From Camelus ferus (Eukaryota), in contig NC_045699.1 in NCBI RefSeq assembly GCF_009834535.1, forward strand, positions 74,772,001-74,836,000: DNA of 64,000 nt, read 5' to 3'. Both the position numbers and the translations under genes were made by a program. The notes beneath the pieces are model-generated. The model was not told the DNA's origin. It was given only the letters and a program-made list of their open reading frames with translations, and did not search any database. Below, piece after piece: positions 38,520 to 50,200 of the stretch. Every line of letters starts with the position of its first letter. Position 1 is the first letter of the stretch.

Positions 38520-39230
38520 TGTACATGAGAGTGTACTTTATACAGTGACAAGTTGGAAAACAAATAAAAAGAAGAGGAGAGGGGACCTGAGATGCTGATC
38601 AGGGCGTTGAAATCATATATAAGGCAATAGCGAAGACTTCCTTGAGAAGGTGATTTTTGAATAAAGGTCTGAATGAAGTGAGTGAGTCTGGAGAAAGGGC
38701 GTGCCAGGCAGAGACAACAGCATATGCAAAGGTCCTGGGGGCAGGAGCCTCCTGGGGGTGAGGGGAGAACTGAGGGTTGTGAAATAGGAGAAAGTAGGAG
38801 ATTAGGCAGGCTGGGCTGCAGGCATATTTGAAATACATTAGCTTAGCTTACAAACCCACCTGCCGCCTCTTTATGGCCACAGTGTGGTCACCCTGGCCTT
38901 CTGCAAAGCCCTGAGCATAACTGTTCTGTGTCCGCTGTGGCGCTTCTGTAGTGACTGCCCCCCCCCCCCCGCCTGGTACACCCTCTCCTGGTGTGCTCCG
39001 TCCCTCTCTTCTTCCAGGTCACAGCTCAAACGGCACTTGGCACTACCCGAGAATTTCATGTTTCGCTTGTTCATTTGTCCATCCCATAAGCTCTCACAAG
39101 CTTCAGGAGATCAGAGACCTTGTCTGCTGATCACGGTGAGCTCAAGGCCTGGGACAACACGAGGCAGAGACGAGGTGCTGGGTGAACATTGTGGGATGGA
39201 TGCACGAGTGGCAGAAGCCTTTTAAACCGG
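38520..39230. mobile_element. L2 LINE fragments
   Basis: gaagacttccttgagaaggtga..tgaataaaggtctgaatga..ccaggcagag..aacagcatatgcaaaggtcctg resembles L2a; a second L2-like tail at 39060-39220. Confidence 0.65.
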
Positions 39231-39299
39231 TTACCGTAATTCATTCACTTTTGTACTTTGACTTGTTACAGCTGATGTTAGGAAGCTGGTTGCAGAGGC

Positions 39300-39740
39300 C
39301 GGGGGAAGCCGCGGGGACCGCACGGGGGTCAAAGCAGGCTGAGACCTGAGCGGTTAGGGGAACCGGGCACTCAGCGGGGACATACCCTGCGGGCATGCAG
39401 CAGGGTACGGCCCGAAGAGGCCACCAAGTGGGCGTGGGGCTCAGACGCCCGGACTGCGCTGCGCAGCCCTTGTCACGCGGGAACACAGCTCGGGACTGGC
39501 CAGCCCCGGAGCCCCGCCCCGCGCCAGGCCCCGCCCCATCAGCGCAGGCCCCGCCCCATGAGGAGGCCCAGCTAGCCCCGCCCCGCGCAGGCCCCGTGGG
39601 AGCCTCTCGGCTCTGTCCCACCTCGCTCCCAAGTCCGCCCACTGGCGCAGGCCCCGCCCCCGCTCCGGAAGGCATCCGCCTGCGCAGGCGCCCTAGGCCC
39701 GGAGCCGTGTGCATCGCATCCCTCCGGCCGGCGAAGTGTC
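39300..39740 (+). promoter_or_regulatory. PAXX CpG-island promoter
   Basis: Repeated GC boxes (GCCCCGCCCC), ETS CCGGAAG at 39665, NRF1-like TGCGCAGGCGC at 39681. Confidence 0.75.
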
Positions 39741-41119
39741 ATGGTGTCGCCGCCGCCGCTGTCGCCGCCGCTCTGCACGCTGCCGCCCGGCCCTGGGCCC
39801 CCGCGCTTCGTGTGCTACTGCGAGGGGGAGGGAAGCGGGGCCGGGGACCGTGGGGCCTTCAACTTCTAGTGAGTAGAGGGGACCGTAGGCCTGTGAGCGG
39901 CGCGGGCAGCTCTGCAGGCGGTCCCGCCTGACAGTTCCCCCCGCCTCCACCAGTGTGACAGACGCCGCGGAGCTTTGGAGCACCTGCTTCACGCCGGACA
40001 GCCTGGCGGCCCTGGTGGGTAACGGGACTCCTGGGCGGCCGGTAGCCCCCAGCACCCAACACCTGCAGGGCGGACCACCTGTGGGATCGAAGGGGGCAGT
40101 CTGGGATTCCCTGGAAGGGTCTGGGCACCCTTCCCACGGCTCTGTAGCTGTGGTCCTAAGATTGGTCACAGGCACATCCGGGTGGGGCAGGTTTGGGGTG
40201 TTCCCAGTGGTTCTAGGGTCTCAGGCACCTGGTGACCAGTCCCTGTGTCCTGTAGAAAGCCCGTTTTGGCCTGAGTGCGGCTGAAGACATCACCTCGCGG
40301 TTCAGGTGAGCCCCTGAGAAGGGAGGAGGGGTGGGTGGGGAGCGAGTGAGTGTGGCCACAGCACTCAGCCACCCTCCTTTCCCAGGGCAGCCTGTGAGCA
40401 GCAAGCTGTGGCTCTCACCCTGCAGGAGGACGGAGCATCCCTGACCCTGTCAGGGGGACCCTCGGTGCTGGGCTTTGACCTCTCCAAGGTGCCAGGCCCA
40501 GAGGCAGCCTCCAGGTTGCAGGCACTGACACTGGGCCTGGCAGAGCGTGTGTGCAGCCTGGAGCGGCGGCTGGCAGGTAGGATGGAGGGTGGGCATCTCA
40601 CACCCTCACTGGGGTCCACCTGCCCCTGCCTCCATTCCGGCTTTTCCCGCAGCTGCTGCGGGGGAGACAGCCACCAGCCCCAGGAAGAGCTCCCGGCCAG
40701 CGGGGCCTCAGCTCTTCTTACCAGGTGAGGCCTGTCACCTATGACTTGGGGTGGCACTGTGCTCATTCCTCTGTGGCTCAGTTTCCCCAGAACAAGCCTC
40801 AAGCTCCAGAGGAAGGATCTGCCTATATGGAAAAGGGGTTGTGGCCCTGGGATTCTGCTGGACTTAGGTGCTCCCCCTCATCCTGTTTCCCCCCAGACCC
40901 GGATCCTCAGAGAAGTGGCCCTGGACCTGGGGTCAAGAGGCGGTGTCCAGGAGAGTCTCTCATCAACCCCGGCTTCAAGAGGTACCCACCCACTCACCCC
41001 TCCCTCCTGCGCCGAGTCCAGCCCCAGACCCTGCCCGTCCCTCCACAACCCTATAGTGTCATCCTCTCTTCTCTCTCAGTAAGAAACCAGCTGGTGGTGT
41101 AGACTTCGATGACCCCTGA
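39741..41119 (+). CDS. PAXX: PAXX non-homologous end-joining factor, 208 aa
   Basis: Exons 39741-39868, 39954-40014, 40256-40305, 40386-40576, 40653-40724, 40897-40981, 41080-41119; 627 nt. VTDAAELWSTCFTPDSLAAL; C-terminal Ku-binding GESLINPGFKSKKPAGGVDFD. Confidence 0.97.
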
Positions 41120-41244
41120 AGGTGCAGCACAAAGTCTGACCCTGCCTGTGAGGGGAGGGGCAGCCTCAAAGACCCTGCCACCTGCACCTGCCCATCCTGC
41201 TGCCCAGCAGGAACAAACCTGCTCCTCGAGCCCCTTTTCCATCA

Positions 41245-41250
41245 AATAAA
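41245..41250 (+). terminator. PAXX polyadenylation signal (AATAAA)
   Basis: 126 bp after the stop. Confidence 0.85.
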
Positions 41251-41918
41251 CATCTTTCTCTGGCAGAAGTCATGGCCATGCTCTGGCTCCTGGGGGCTGG
41301 CTCCAGGAGAGGGCGCAGGGACCCCCCCCCCCCCGCCACTGCCTGTGAGCTGGGCACTGGGCCGCAGAAGGTAAACAGATGCATCAGACTTCGAGCTCCC
41401 AGGTGGAGTTGCCTGAGCTCTCCCGCCCTGCCCAGCTGTCCTGCCTGGCCAGCCCAGGAGCTGACAGGGCTGTGCAAGGCAGGGCCAGGGTTCTGCCAGG
41501 GTGGAACTCTTCCCACCCCACCGGGCACAGGGGCCTACGCCTCAGTGATGCAGACCCCCACGAGGAACACAGTAGATCTTGCAGGAGATGGGAGTGGCCT
41601 GCATGCCACCTGGGGCGGAGCAGAGGAATGTGGGCCCGCCTGTCCTCTGGCCTGGAGCCCTGAGTTGCCCAGATCAGGCTCTGCTCCCCACCCTCCTCGG
41701 CCATCCTTCCACCCTGCCCTGGCCTGACTGGTTTGGGAGCCCAGTCCAGTCCCACCATCCCTGACGAGTAGAGGGATGGCCCCGCCCACCTGGCTCTCCG
41801 CCAATCCTTCCGGGCTGTCCTCTGGAGCTGAGACTCACAGTGGGAGCTTAGAGGTGGCAGAAATCGGGGGGTCCCGGTCCTTCGGATGTGCGGACACACT
41901 CACTGAGGCAGAGATGCC

Positions 41919-41924
41919 TTTATG
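41919..41924 (-). terminator. Probable CLIC3 polyadenylation signal, variant CATAAA
   Basis: Only PAS-like hexamer seen just after the stop on the minus strand. Confidence 0.45.
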
Positions 41925-41967
41925 GGGCTGCAGACGAGTGGGCGGGGTGGCGGGGGAGGCGGGGACG

Positions 41968-43850
41968 CTAGCGAGGGCGCACGGCGGGCCGGTAGGCCGC
42001 CAAGATCTCTGCGCTGTGCGGACACGTGTACTTGAACTCCTTCTCCTGCAGGGCGCTGTCCAGGTAGCGGCGGAGCCCGCGCAGCTCATCCGGGATGGGC
42101 GCCTGGCGGAAGTGCGCGCACACCGTCTACGGGCGCAGGGCGCGGTCAGGGTCTCCTCCAGGGTCTGTCCTGGCCCACCCCGCCCCTCCCGGCCCGGTGC
42201 TCACGTTGACGACGTGCAGCTTGGGCAGCAGGCCGCAGTCGGCCAGCGTGAGCTGATCGCCGTCTAGGAAGCGGCGGCGCGACTCGCGCAGCTTCGGCTC
42301 CCGTACCAGTTCGTGCTCCAGGGGCGCGCGCAGGTAGCTGTCCAGCTTGGCGAGGGCGCGCAGCAGCTGCTGGTACAGGGCTGGGGGCGGGGGAGCGGCA
42401 CGGTGAGGACCCGGCCGGGGGCCACTCCCCTCACCCTCGCCACGCCTCCGGGCCCTCCTCACCATCATCCTGGGCGGGCACTGGGTTCTTGATGTAGGCG
42501 GAGAATTTGTGAAAGACGTCGTTGCCCGCCGCGATGGACTCCCGGTATCTGGGCGCCAGGCTGGGGAATCTGCAGGTGGAGGGGATTCGGGTCAGGCCTT
42601 GGCCGCGCGCTGCAGGCCCACTGTGTCCTTCCTGGGCTCTGTCCTGGAAGTGTCCTTCCTGAGGGCCCCATCTTTGTCCCTCCCACTGGTCCGGGTCCTC
42701 ACTCAGGTGGGCCTAGCGTCTCCTCCAGAAACTCCTCGATCTGCAGCGTGTCCGTTTTGGCGTCACCGTCATAGAGCAGGATGGGCAGCTGCGAGCCAGG
42801 GGCGAAGTCCTTCAGCACATCTGGGGACCTGTGGGCACAAGGCAGGGAGGGAAGCGGCTGGCCCGGGGAGGGCAGAGGCCAGGGAGGGTCCTGGGCAGGC
42901 TTACCTGCGGGTGTCCACGGTGGTGAGGGTGAAGGGCACGCCCTTGAGAAGCAGGATCATGAAAAGCCTCTGACAAGAAGGGCAGTGTCCCACGCTTTCG
43001 CCGTCCTCGCTTGCCTGGAGGGGTGGAGTAGAGGGGCGTCGGGGAGGGAGCAGACCCTGGAATCCTGCCACCAGGCTGGGTGGGACCTGGCCTCCAACTG
43101 CCAAGAGGCTGGCACGGTGCCAGGGCCCCAGCTCAATCCAGCACAGCCTTGACAAGTGGCCGCTGAGGGCCCTTGACTTGGTCCCTGGGAGGTAGGGAGG
43201 GTGCAGAGATGCTGAGGGCCCGAAGACTGGGTGAGGGCACAGGGGTGAGGGGTGTGGAGCAGGACCCTGGTTCTGGGGCCTGGCCCCTTGACCCTTATCT
43301 ACAGAGGCTGGGCCCCTGGGCACCAGGCCCTGCAGGCTGGTGGCAGGGTGGGGTGGGCCAAGTGAGTTGTTTTTTGAGTGATTCATTCTGCCAAACTGGG
43401 CATCCTGCTGCCCTGGGCCCTGAGGGTGGGAGGAGGCCAGGCCCTGGCATCCCCCACACCGGGATCCACAGATCTGGGCCTCAGTGAGGCTGCCTGGCCC
43501 AGGTCCCTTCTGTGCCTCAACCCCAGCCTCACCTGGGCCTGGGCCACTGGCTCCCTGCTTGGCACATCCCTACTAAGGGGTTTTTTCTCCAGGAGGGCTG
43601 GGCAGGGCCCAGGAGTCAAGAGGAAATTGGGCTGGGGCCACCCCCAACCCTTCCCCCCGCTTTGCTGCCCCCACCTTAAGCAGCCTCGGTGGGACAGCCT
43701 GAGCCCACCGCAGGGGAATTAGTGCAGACGCTGTCCCAGAGACCCACCCGCGCCTCAGCCTGCCCGCAGAGAACCCCTTTCCCCAGCCCTCCCCCAGCCC
43801 AGCCAGCCCAGCACCTTGACAAACAGCTGGAGCTTGGCCGTCTCAGCCAT
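41968..43850 (-). CDS. CLIC3: Chloride intracellular channel protein 3, 237 aa
   Basis: Exons 43815-43850, 42905-43014, 42703-42828, 42463-42569, 42205-42380, 41968-42126; 714 nt. [22 protein letters not shown] active-site motif; [18 protein letters not shown]. Confidence 0.97.
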
Positions 43851-45039
43851 GGTGGGGACTGCGGCAGCAAGGCCTGGGCGGGGACCTGGGGAGCTCTTTA
43901 AGGTTCCCTGAGCGCCCCGCCCTCCACAGCCCAGGGCCCCGCCCTGTGGAGACACCTAGGCGGCGGGAACATAAGGGTGTGACCATGAGGGGAGCTGAGT
44001 GCTGGGAGCTGGACCTGAGGGCCTCTGTGTTGGGGTGAGGGGGGCAGGGGTGGAGGATGAGAGCAGTGGGCTGCTAGTCAGGGAAAGCGGGCTGCCTGCC
44101 TGGGACAGGGGGCAGCCTTGGATCAGGACCACCCCTGCCATGAGCCTAGCAGCCCTCCTGGCAGTGGACACCCTGCTGTCTGTCAGGGCGCCCAGCCCGG
44201 AAAGCCAAGGAGTGGGCAGGAGAAGTGAACAGCCTGGCCACAGCCTGTTACCCCATCGCCCACCAGGGCATCACAAGTGACAAGCCGCTTGGAAGGGACT
44301 CCCCCTCCCACCTCCTGAGCTCGGACAGAGCGCCACTCCCGCGGGGCGGGGCCACGTTCCAAGCTGCCCGCGGAGGACGGGCCGGCTCAGGCGTCTTTAC
44401 CCAGACGGCCCCACACCCCGCCCCTCCCTCGTGGGCTCGGGGCTGGCTTCTCTCTGCTCTCAACCTTTGAAGGAAGAACCCCAAGGGGGTTGGGAGAGGT
44501 GGTTAGAAGCTACAGTCTTCTGACCCAGAGAGACTGCCAGCCAGCCCCCAGTCGCCCTGGACTAGAAGGAAAAGCCCAGGGGTGGTTGGGGGAGTTGGTG
44601 CCCCACAGGTGTGCCCCTGCCAGTCCCTGCAGGGGCCACACTCCCAGCTTCCCACACCAGGGCTCAGCTTCGGTGGGAGGGGCCTCAGGGAGGGGCAGCG
44701 AGGCCCTGGGCCGCGGAGGCCCAGCGCCGCCTGGCGGCAGCACGTGGGACCTGCAGGAGCCTTCCTCTCCAAGCCCAGGTCTCCTGCCTGGCCGCCTCTC
44801 CTGGAACCCAGCACTGGTCAGGGCTCCTGGCTCAGGCTACCCTTCCAGCCTGGGGCTGACCTCGACATACTACAGAGCTCAGCGCCCGGCTCCCCTCTGG
44901 GGCCTGGACCTCCCCTCCACCTGCCTCTGTCCCAGCACCAGGGGGCTGCTGCTCCACAACCGGGGGGGAGGGGTCACCCCAGCTGCTTCCTGCTTCCCTG
45001 GCACACACGATGCCTCCCCTCCTCACCTGCGCCCATTCA

Positions 45040-45350
45040 TCAGATGTCCTGTGTCTAAAACCCCCTTACAAGTCGTAAGGAAAATGGCGAAATGGACACG
45101 TGAGCAGGTGGTTCCCAAGAAAGGAAATAAAACACACCCACAGAATACACAAGTGTTTCACTGCACTTACTTCAGGGACAAAGCAGAACAAGACAGTTTG
45201 TGGTCACAACAGCCAGAAATATAGCAACCATATTCTGGGAAGCACATTCCTGGGGGTGAGTATCACCAGGTAATCAGCAGCCATCACCTCGAAGTCCCCA
45301 TAAGTACACGAGGGACCAATAAACAGGTTCACCATCCCCCTGGGTGTGGG
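45040..45350 (+). mobile_element. Old L1M ORF2-end fragment
   Basis: aaaatggcgaaatggacacgtgagcaggtggttcccaagaaaggaaataaaac resembles L1M consensus text. Confidence 0.55.
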
Positions 45351-45415
45351 ACAGTCCTGGCGTGTCCGCAGCAGAGGATGGAGGAGGTGGGTCTGGTTAG
45401 CCTGAGGGTCAGTGG

Positions 45416-45935
45416 TGTTATGGGCTGAACTGTGTCCCTTCTCCCAACCCAATTCATATGTTGAAGTCCTAGCCCCCAGCCCCCAACACCTCAGAGTATG
45501 ACCATATTTGGAGATGGGGTTTTTACAGAGGTAATCAAGATGAGAACATTAAGATGGGCCCTAAGCCAATATACCCATGTTCTTATAAAAGGGAGATTTT
45601 GACACGGACACACTGAGTGGAGGCAGAGATGGGTGTGGCACTCGTTCAAGCCAAGGGCTCCAAAGACGGCCCAGGGGAGGGTACAGCTCAGTGGTAGAGC
45701 ACGTGCTTAACATGTACGAGGTCCTGGGTTCTATCACCAGCACCTCCACAAAAAAATAAATAAACCTAACCCTTACCCCTGTCCCCCACAAAAAAATGAA
45801 GATGGCCAGAAAACCACCGGGAGGAACCAGCCTGCCCACACCTTGGCCTCGGCCCTCTGGCCTCCGGACTGCGAGAGTGAACATCTGCTGTTTCAGCCCC
45901 TGGTTTGTGCGCTGTGTTACAGGGGCCCTAGCAGG
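45416..45935 (+). mobile_element. MLT1B-like solo LTR interrupted by a SINE
   Basis: Starts tgttatgggctgaactgtgtccc..aattcatatgttgaagtccta; resumes after the SINE with ggaggaaccagcctgcccacaccttg. Confidence 0.8.
45674..45796 (+). mobile_element. tRNA-derived SINE, camelid Vic-1-like
   Basis: ggggagggtacagctcagtggtagagcacgtgcttaacatg..gaggtcctgggttc (A and B boxes), tail aaataaataaaccta.., A-run end; degenerate TSD aagacggcc/aagatggcc. Confidence 0.85.
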
Positions 45936-46561
45936 TCAGCCGAAGCGGGCTGAAGCGGGAGGGAGAAGCCAGCAAGTTGCAAACACTGTGTCAGTTACGG
46001 TCACTCCGAGTTCCTGCTTGTGTCTGAGCACAGGTGGGAGCGACCGCCTGCAGGATGACCTCTGACACACGCACACACATGCCATCTGTGCTCCTTCCGC
46101 CTGCATGGTTTGAAATTTCTACCGTATCTTTAAAATGTTTCTGAAGACATGAGAACAAACTCAGGGTCACCAGCCTTTACCGGGCTGCTCGACTGCTCAG
46201 GCTGTCTCTAGCTCTCCCTGCCATCCCCACCACGTCCACACAGCAGCCCTGAAGCAGGCCCCCGAGGGTGGCCTGACCCCTCCCTCCACTGTCCCTGCGG
46301 GGCAGCCGTGGCCCAAGGTCCCAGGGGCTGCTGGCCTCATCCTTGTCCCTGCGTGGGACTCTTCTGTCCTGAACCCCTGCCTGCAGGTCCTCCCCAGCGG
46401 CATCTCCCCGACTCTGTTCTGAAGAGAGGCGGGGGGGGAGCCCACCCTTTCTCTGGGCTGACCTGGCGCCTGTGCGGCAGGGGCTGTAGCCGTGGCATTG
46501 AGCACGCCCGTCTTCGTCCCACACCAAGCCCCACACACGCAGGCTCGCGTGGGCTTTCATG

Positions 46562-46567
46562 TTTATT
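46562..46567 (-). terminator. ABCA2 polyadenylation signal (AATAAA on -)
   Basis: About 700 bp after the ABCA2 stop. Confidence 0.8.
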
Positions 46568-47264
46568 TATTTAAAACAAACACCTATGCCCTACGCACAG
46601 GTCCGGCTCCTGGGTGGGCAGGCAGGGGGCCAAGCTGGGCGGAAGAGCGATGGCAGCTGGAGGGGGAGGGAGGGGGTCCGACCCCTGGCCTGGCCGGTGG
46701 GGCTGGCTTCTCCGTTCCTGCCACCCAGGCCGCCACCCGATGGCAGCCTCCTCCCCGGACCTCGATGGTGGCCTTCCTGCAGAAAAGCAGGGTGAGGGAG
46801 CCTCTTCCTAACAAAATAAATAGGCGCTTTGGGTGGGACCTCACCCACACCCACCCTCAGCCCCAGGCCAGCAGCTGCCGCCACCCAAATTTGGCTGTAA
46901 GAGAAGAGCCGGTTCAGGAGCCAGGCCGGCCGGGGGCAGGTTGGGCAGAACCTGGCAGCCTGGGTCACCCCAGTGGCCCCTGGGGTGGTGGACAGAGCTG
47001 GGCAGGGGTGGAGGCCAGGGGCCGGCCAGACCCCCAGGCATTAAGGCAGAGCAGGGTGAGGGAGAGCACAGCCCAGGGCCGGGCCAGCCTTTGGCACAAT
47101 GCGGGGAGGGCGGCACAGCGGCCAAGAGCAGGCGGAGCCTGAGGCCCTTGGTCCTGGACCTCCTGCTCCAGGGCCTGGCAGGTGGGCACTGGGGGCATAG
47201 GGTGGGACCTCGGCCACCGCCTGACTTCTGTTCCCAAGGTCCGTCATCCATCCAGCTCCTGTGG

Positions 47265-50200
47265 TCAGCAGAGCGTGTCTGTGTTGAAGGAGAGCTGGGC
47301 CTGGTGGACAGCAGACAGGCCTGGCTTGGGACGTCTGACACCCTCCCCCCAGAACTGGGCCTGCCGCTGGCTCACCCCACTCCAGACCTGAGCTTTCTCA
47401 GTGGTGGGCACCCCACGTGGCCCCTCTGCTAGTCTGGTGGCTGCTGTCCCCAGGCTCTGCTCCCTACACCTCTGCTCAGTGTTGTGGTGTCTGGGGTGGG
47501 GCTGTCCCCTCTGCCTGTGCCCACGCCTCCCATGTCCATTCTGGTCCTGAACATCAGGTGGGTCCCTCTGTCCCCTGGAGCTCGGGACAGCAGGGGCCCC
47601 AGGGCCACTCCCCTCCAGCCCCTCCAACATCCAGAGCCTGAGCCCTGAGGCCTGCCCAGCTGCCTGACCCGCCAGACCCCGCTCACCCGCTCCTCCTCGA
47701 AGCTAATGAGGCCCTCGTCCTCCGTGTCCAGGTCCTCGGGCTCATCAGCCACGAGTGCCCGCAGCTCGGTGGGGGTGGGTCGGGGCCGGAGCAGGCTGAG
47801 TAGGCGGCCCAGGGGGGACTGCAGGGCTGAGGGCGGCTCTGTCTCCTGCTGCTCTAGGTTGTCGCTCTGCTTCTTGGCAAAGTTCACGAACACCTGGTGG
47901 GCGTGGGCAGGTGGGTGGGCGGGGCCGGCCCAGCGGAGCCCCGGAGCCCCGCCCCCGGCACTCACGTTGTCCAGGGTGGTCTGGCTGACCGAGTAGTCCT
48001 GGATGCCCAGCACGCCCGCCACCTGCTCCATCTTGCTGAACACTTGTGCCAGCGAGATGTGCTCCGACTTGAGCTGGTACTGCACCTTCGTGTGGTGCCG
48101 CTCCTGTGGGGCACAGGGGTCAGAGGCCGCTCGGGCAGTGGCGCCCCCCACCGCGCCCCAGCCCCAGGGGCCCCCCCACCTTGAGCACAGCCTCAGGGAA
48201 GTTCCTGTTGAAGAACCGCACCACGTCCTTCACGTTCTGGCTACTCTTGGTCCTCACTGTGATCATGTAGCCGTCCCCGAACCTGCGGGACAGGCCCATG
48301 GCCCAAGCACCAGCCGCAGGGAGTCCGGCCTCCCCCCGCCGCAGCCCCCACAGCCCGCCCCCGCGCAGCACCACTGCTCACCGGTTCTTCAGGTGCTGGA
48401 TGCTGCCCAGACAGCGCAGGCGCCCATTCACCATGATGGCCAGCCGTGTGCACAGAGCCTCGCACTCCTCCATGCTGCGGGCAGAGACACGCTGGCTGGC
48501 ACAGACAGAGGGGGGCACTGGGGGCGTTGGGGAGGAGAAGGCCGGGGGAGTGTGCACCTGTGAGACGTCAGCACCACCGAGCGCCCCGTCTTGATGAGGT
48601 CCAAAATGAGGTTCCAGAGGAAGCGCCGGGCCTTGGGGTCCATGCCTGTGGTGGGCTCATCCTGGGGGTGGTGCCAGGCTCAGCTGCTGTACCCCATTCA
48701 CCCCAGCTGGCCCCACCCTCTGCTTCCAGGCTCACCGGGAAGATGAAGGTGGGGTAGCGGACCCCCATCCCACCCCAGCTCACCAGGAAGATGAAGGCGG
48801 GGTACCCGATGAGGGCAATGGCTGTGGACAGTTTGCGCTTGTTGCCTCCGCTGTAGGTGCCGGCAGGCTTGTCAGCATACTTGGTCAGCTCCAGCTTCTC
48901 CAGGGCCCACGTCACCACCTGGGAGCGAGAGCGGATGTCAGGGGCCCACCCTCTACAGCAGCCCCCTCCCCCGAGGGGCAGCCCTCACCCGGGCCTCGTC
49001 CTTCCAGGGGACACCCCGGAGCCGCGTGTACAGCTGCAGGTGCTCCCGGGCCGTGAGCTCGTCAAACAGGGCGTCAAACTGTGGGCAGTACCCGAGGCTC
49101 TGCTGCACCTGGAGCAGCTCCTTGAGCACGCTGGGGACACAGAGCCGTCAGCCCCGTCGCCGCGGTCTCCGCGGTCGCCCGGCCCCCGAGCCCCCGCCCG
49201 CCTGCACCTGTGCCCATTGACGAAGGCCTCGCCCCCTGTTGTGCTCTCGTCACCCGTCAACATCTTGAAGGTGCTGGTCTTGCCCGCGCCATTGACGCCC
49301 AGGAGGCCAAAGCACTCGCCAGGACGCACACCTAGACACAGGCGGTCCACTGCCAGGATGCGGCCGATCTTCCGCGACTTGTACACCTGGCAGAGGTGAG
49401 GGGGCAGCTGGCTCAGCGGGGCGTGTCCACCTGGGCCCCGCCCCACCAGGGCCGGGCCCCACCTTGGTCAGGTTCTCAATTTTGACCATGTCGTTGTCAG
49501 CATCCCCCCGCAGCACACGCTGCCGCTCGCTGGCCACGTCCACGTCATCCTCCACGGGCTTCGTCGACACTGGCATGCGCCTGGGGGGACAGGGTGGGCA
49601 GTGCCCGGCTGGATCACCCCGCATTGTCCCGTGCTCCCCCACTCACCGTGGCCACGGTAGGAAGGTGGGCAGTGCCAGGCCCCCCGCCCTGCACCGTCCG
49701 TCCAGGACGCCCCCACTCACTGTGGCTGCCGCAGAAAGTTATACTGACACACGATGGTGAGGAGGAAGCCCACGAAGCCCTCGACTGTCATGGCCACCAA
49801 CCCCCTGGTGACAATGTCCCACTCGAACGGGGACTTCATCTTGTCGAACTGGCCTGTGGGGCAGCTGGCTGAGGGCCGTGCCCGGGGCCTCGGGAGCCCC
49901 TCCTCGGCCCATGCCTGGAGCTCCCTGGTCTCCCTCGGCCCCCTGTCCAGGGGCGCTGGCTCTCCCCCCTCCACCCGCNNNNNNNNNNNNNNNNNNNNNN
50001 NNNNNNNNNNNNNNNNNNNNNNNNNNNNNNNNNNNNNNNNNNNNNNNNNNNNNNNNNNNNNNNNNNNNNNNNNNNNNNNNNNNNNNNNNNNNNNNNNNNN
50101 NNNNNNNNNNNNNNNNNNNNNNNNNNGGGGTCATGGCACAGCCTCAGCCCCACCGTCCCGCTGCCCACCGCCTGGCCGCCCCCCACCTGGCCCACCTTGT

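Noticed and set aside
39741-39770. Extended proline run at the PAXX N-terminus (MVSPPPLSPP)
   Set aside because: Small CCG slippage in a variable terminus with no evident functional consequence.
45674-45745. tRNA-Ala-like gene
   Set aside because: It is a SINE head: degenerate 3' stem, A-rich tail, TSDs, and inserted within an LTR.
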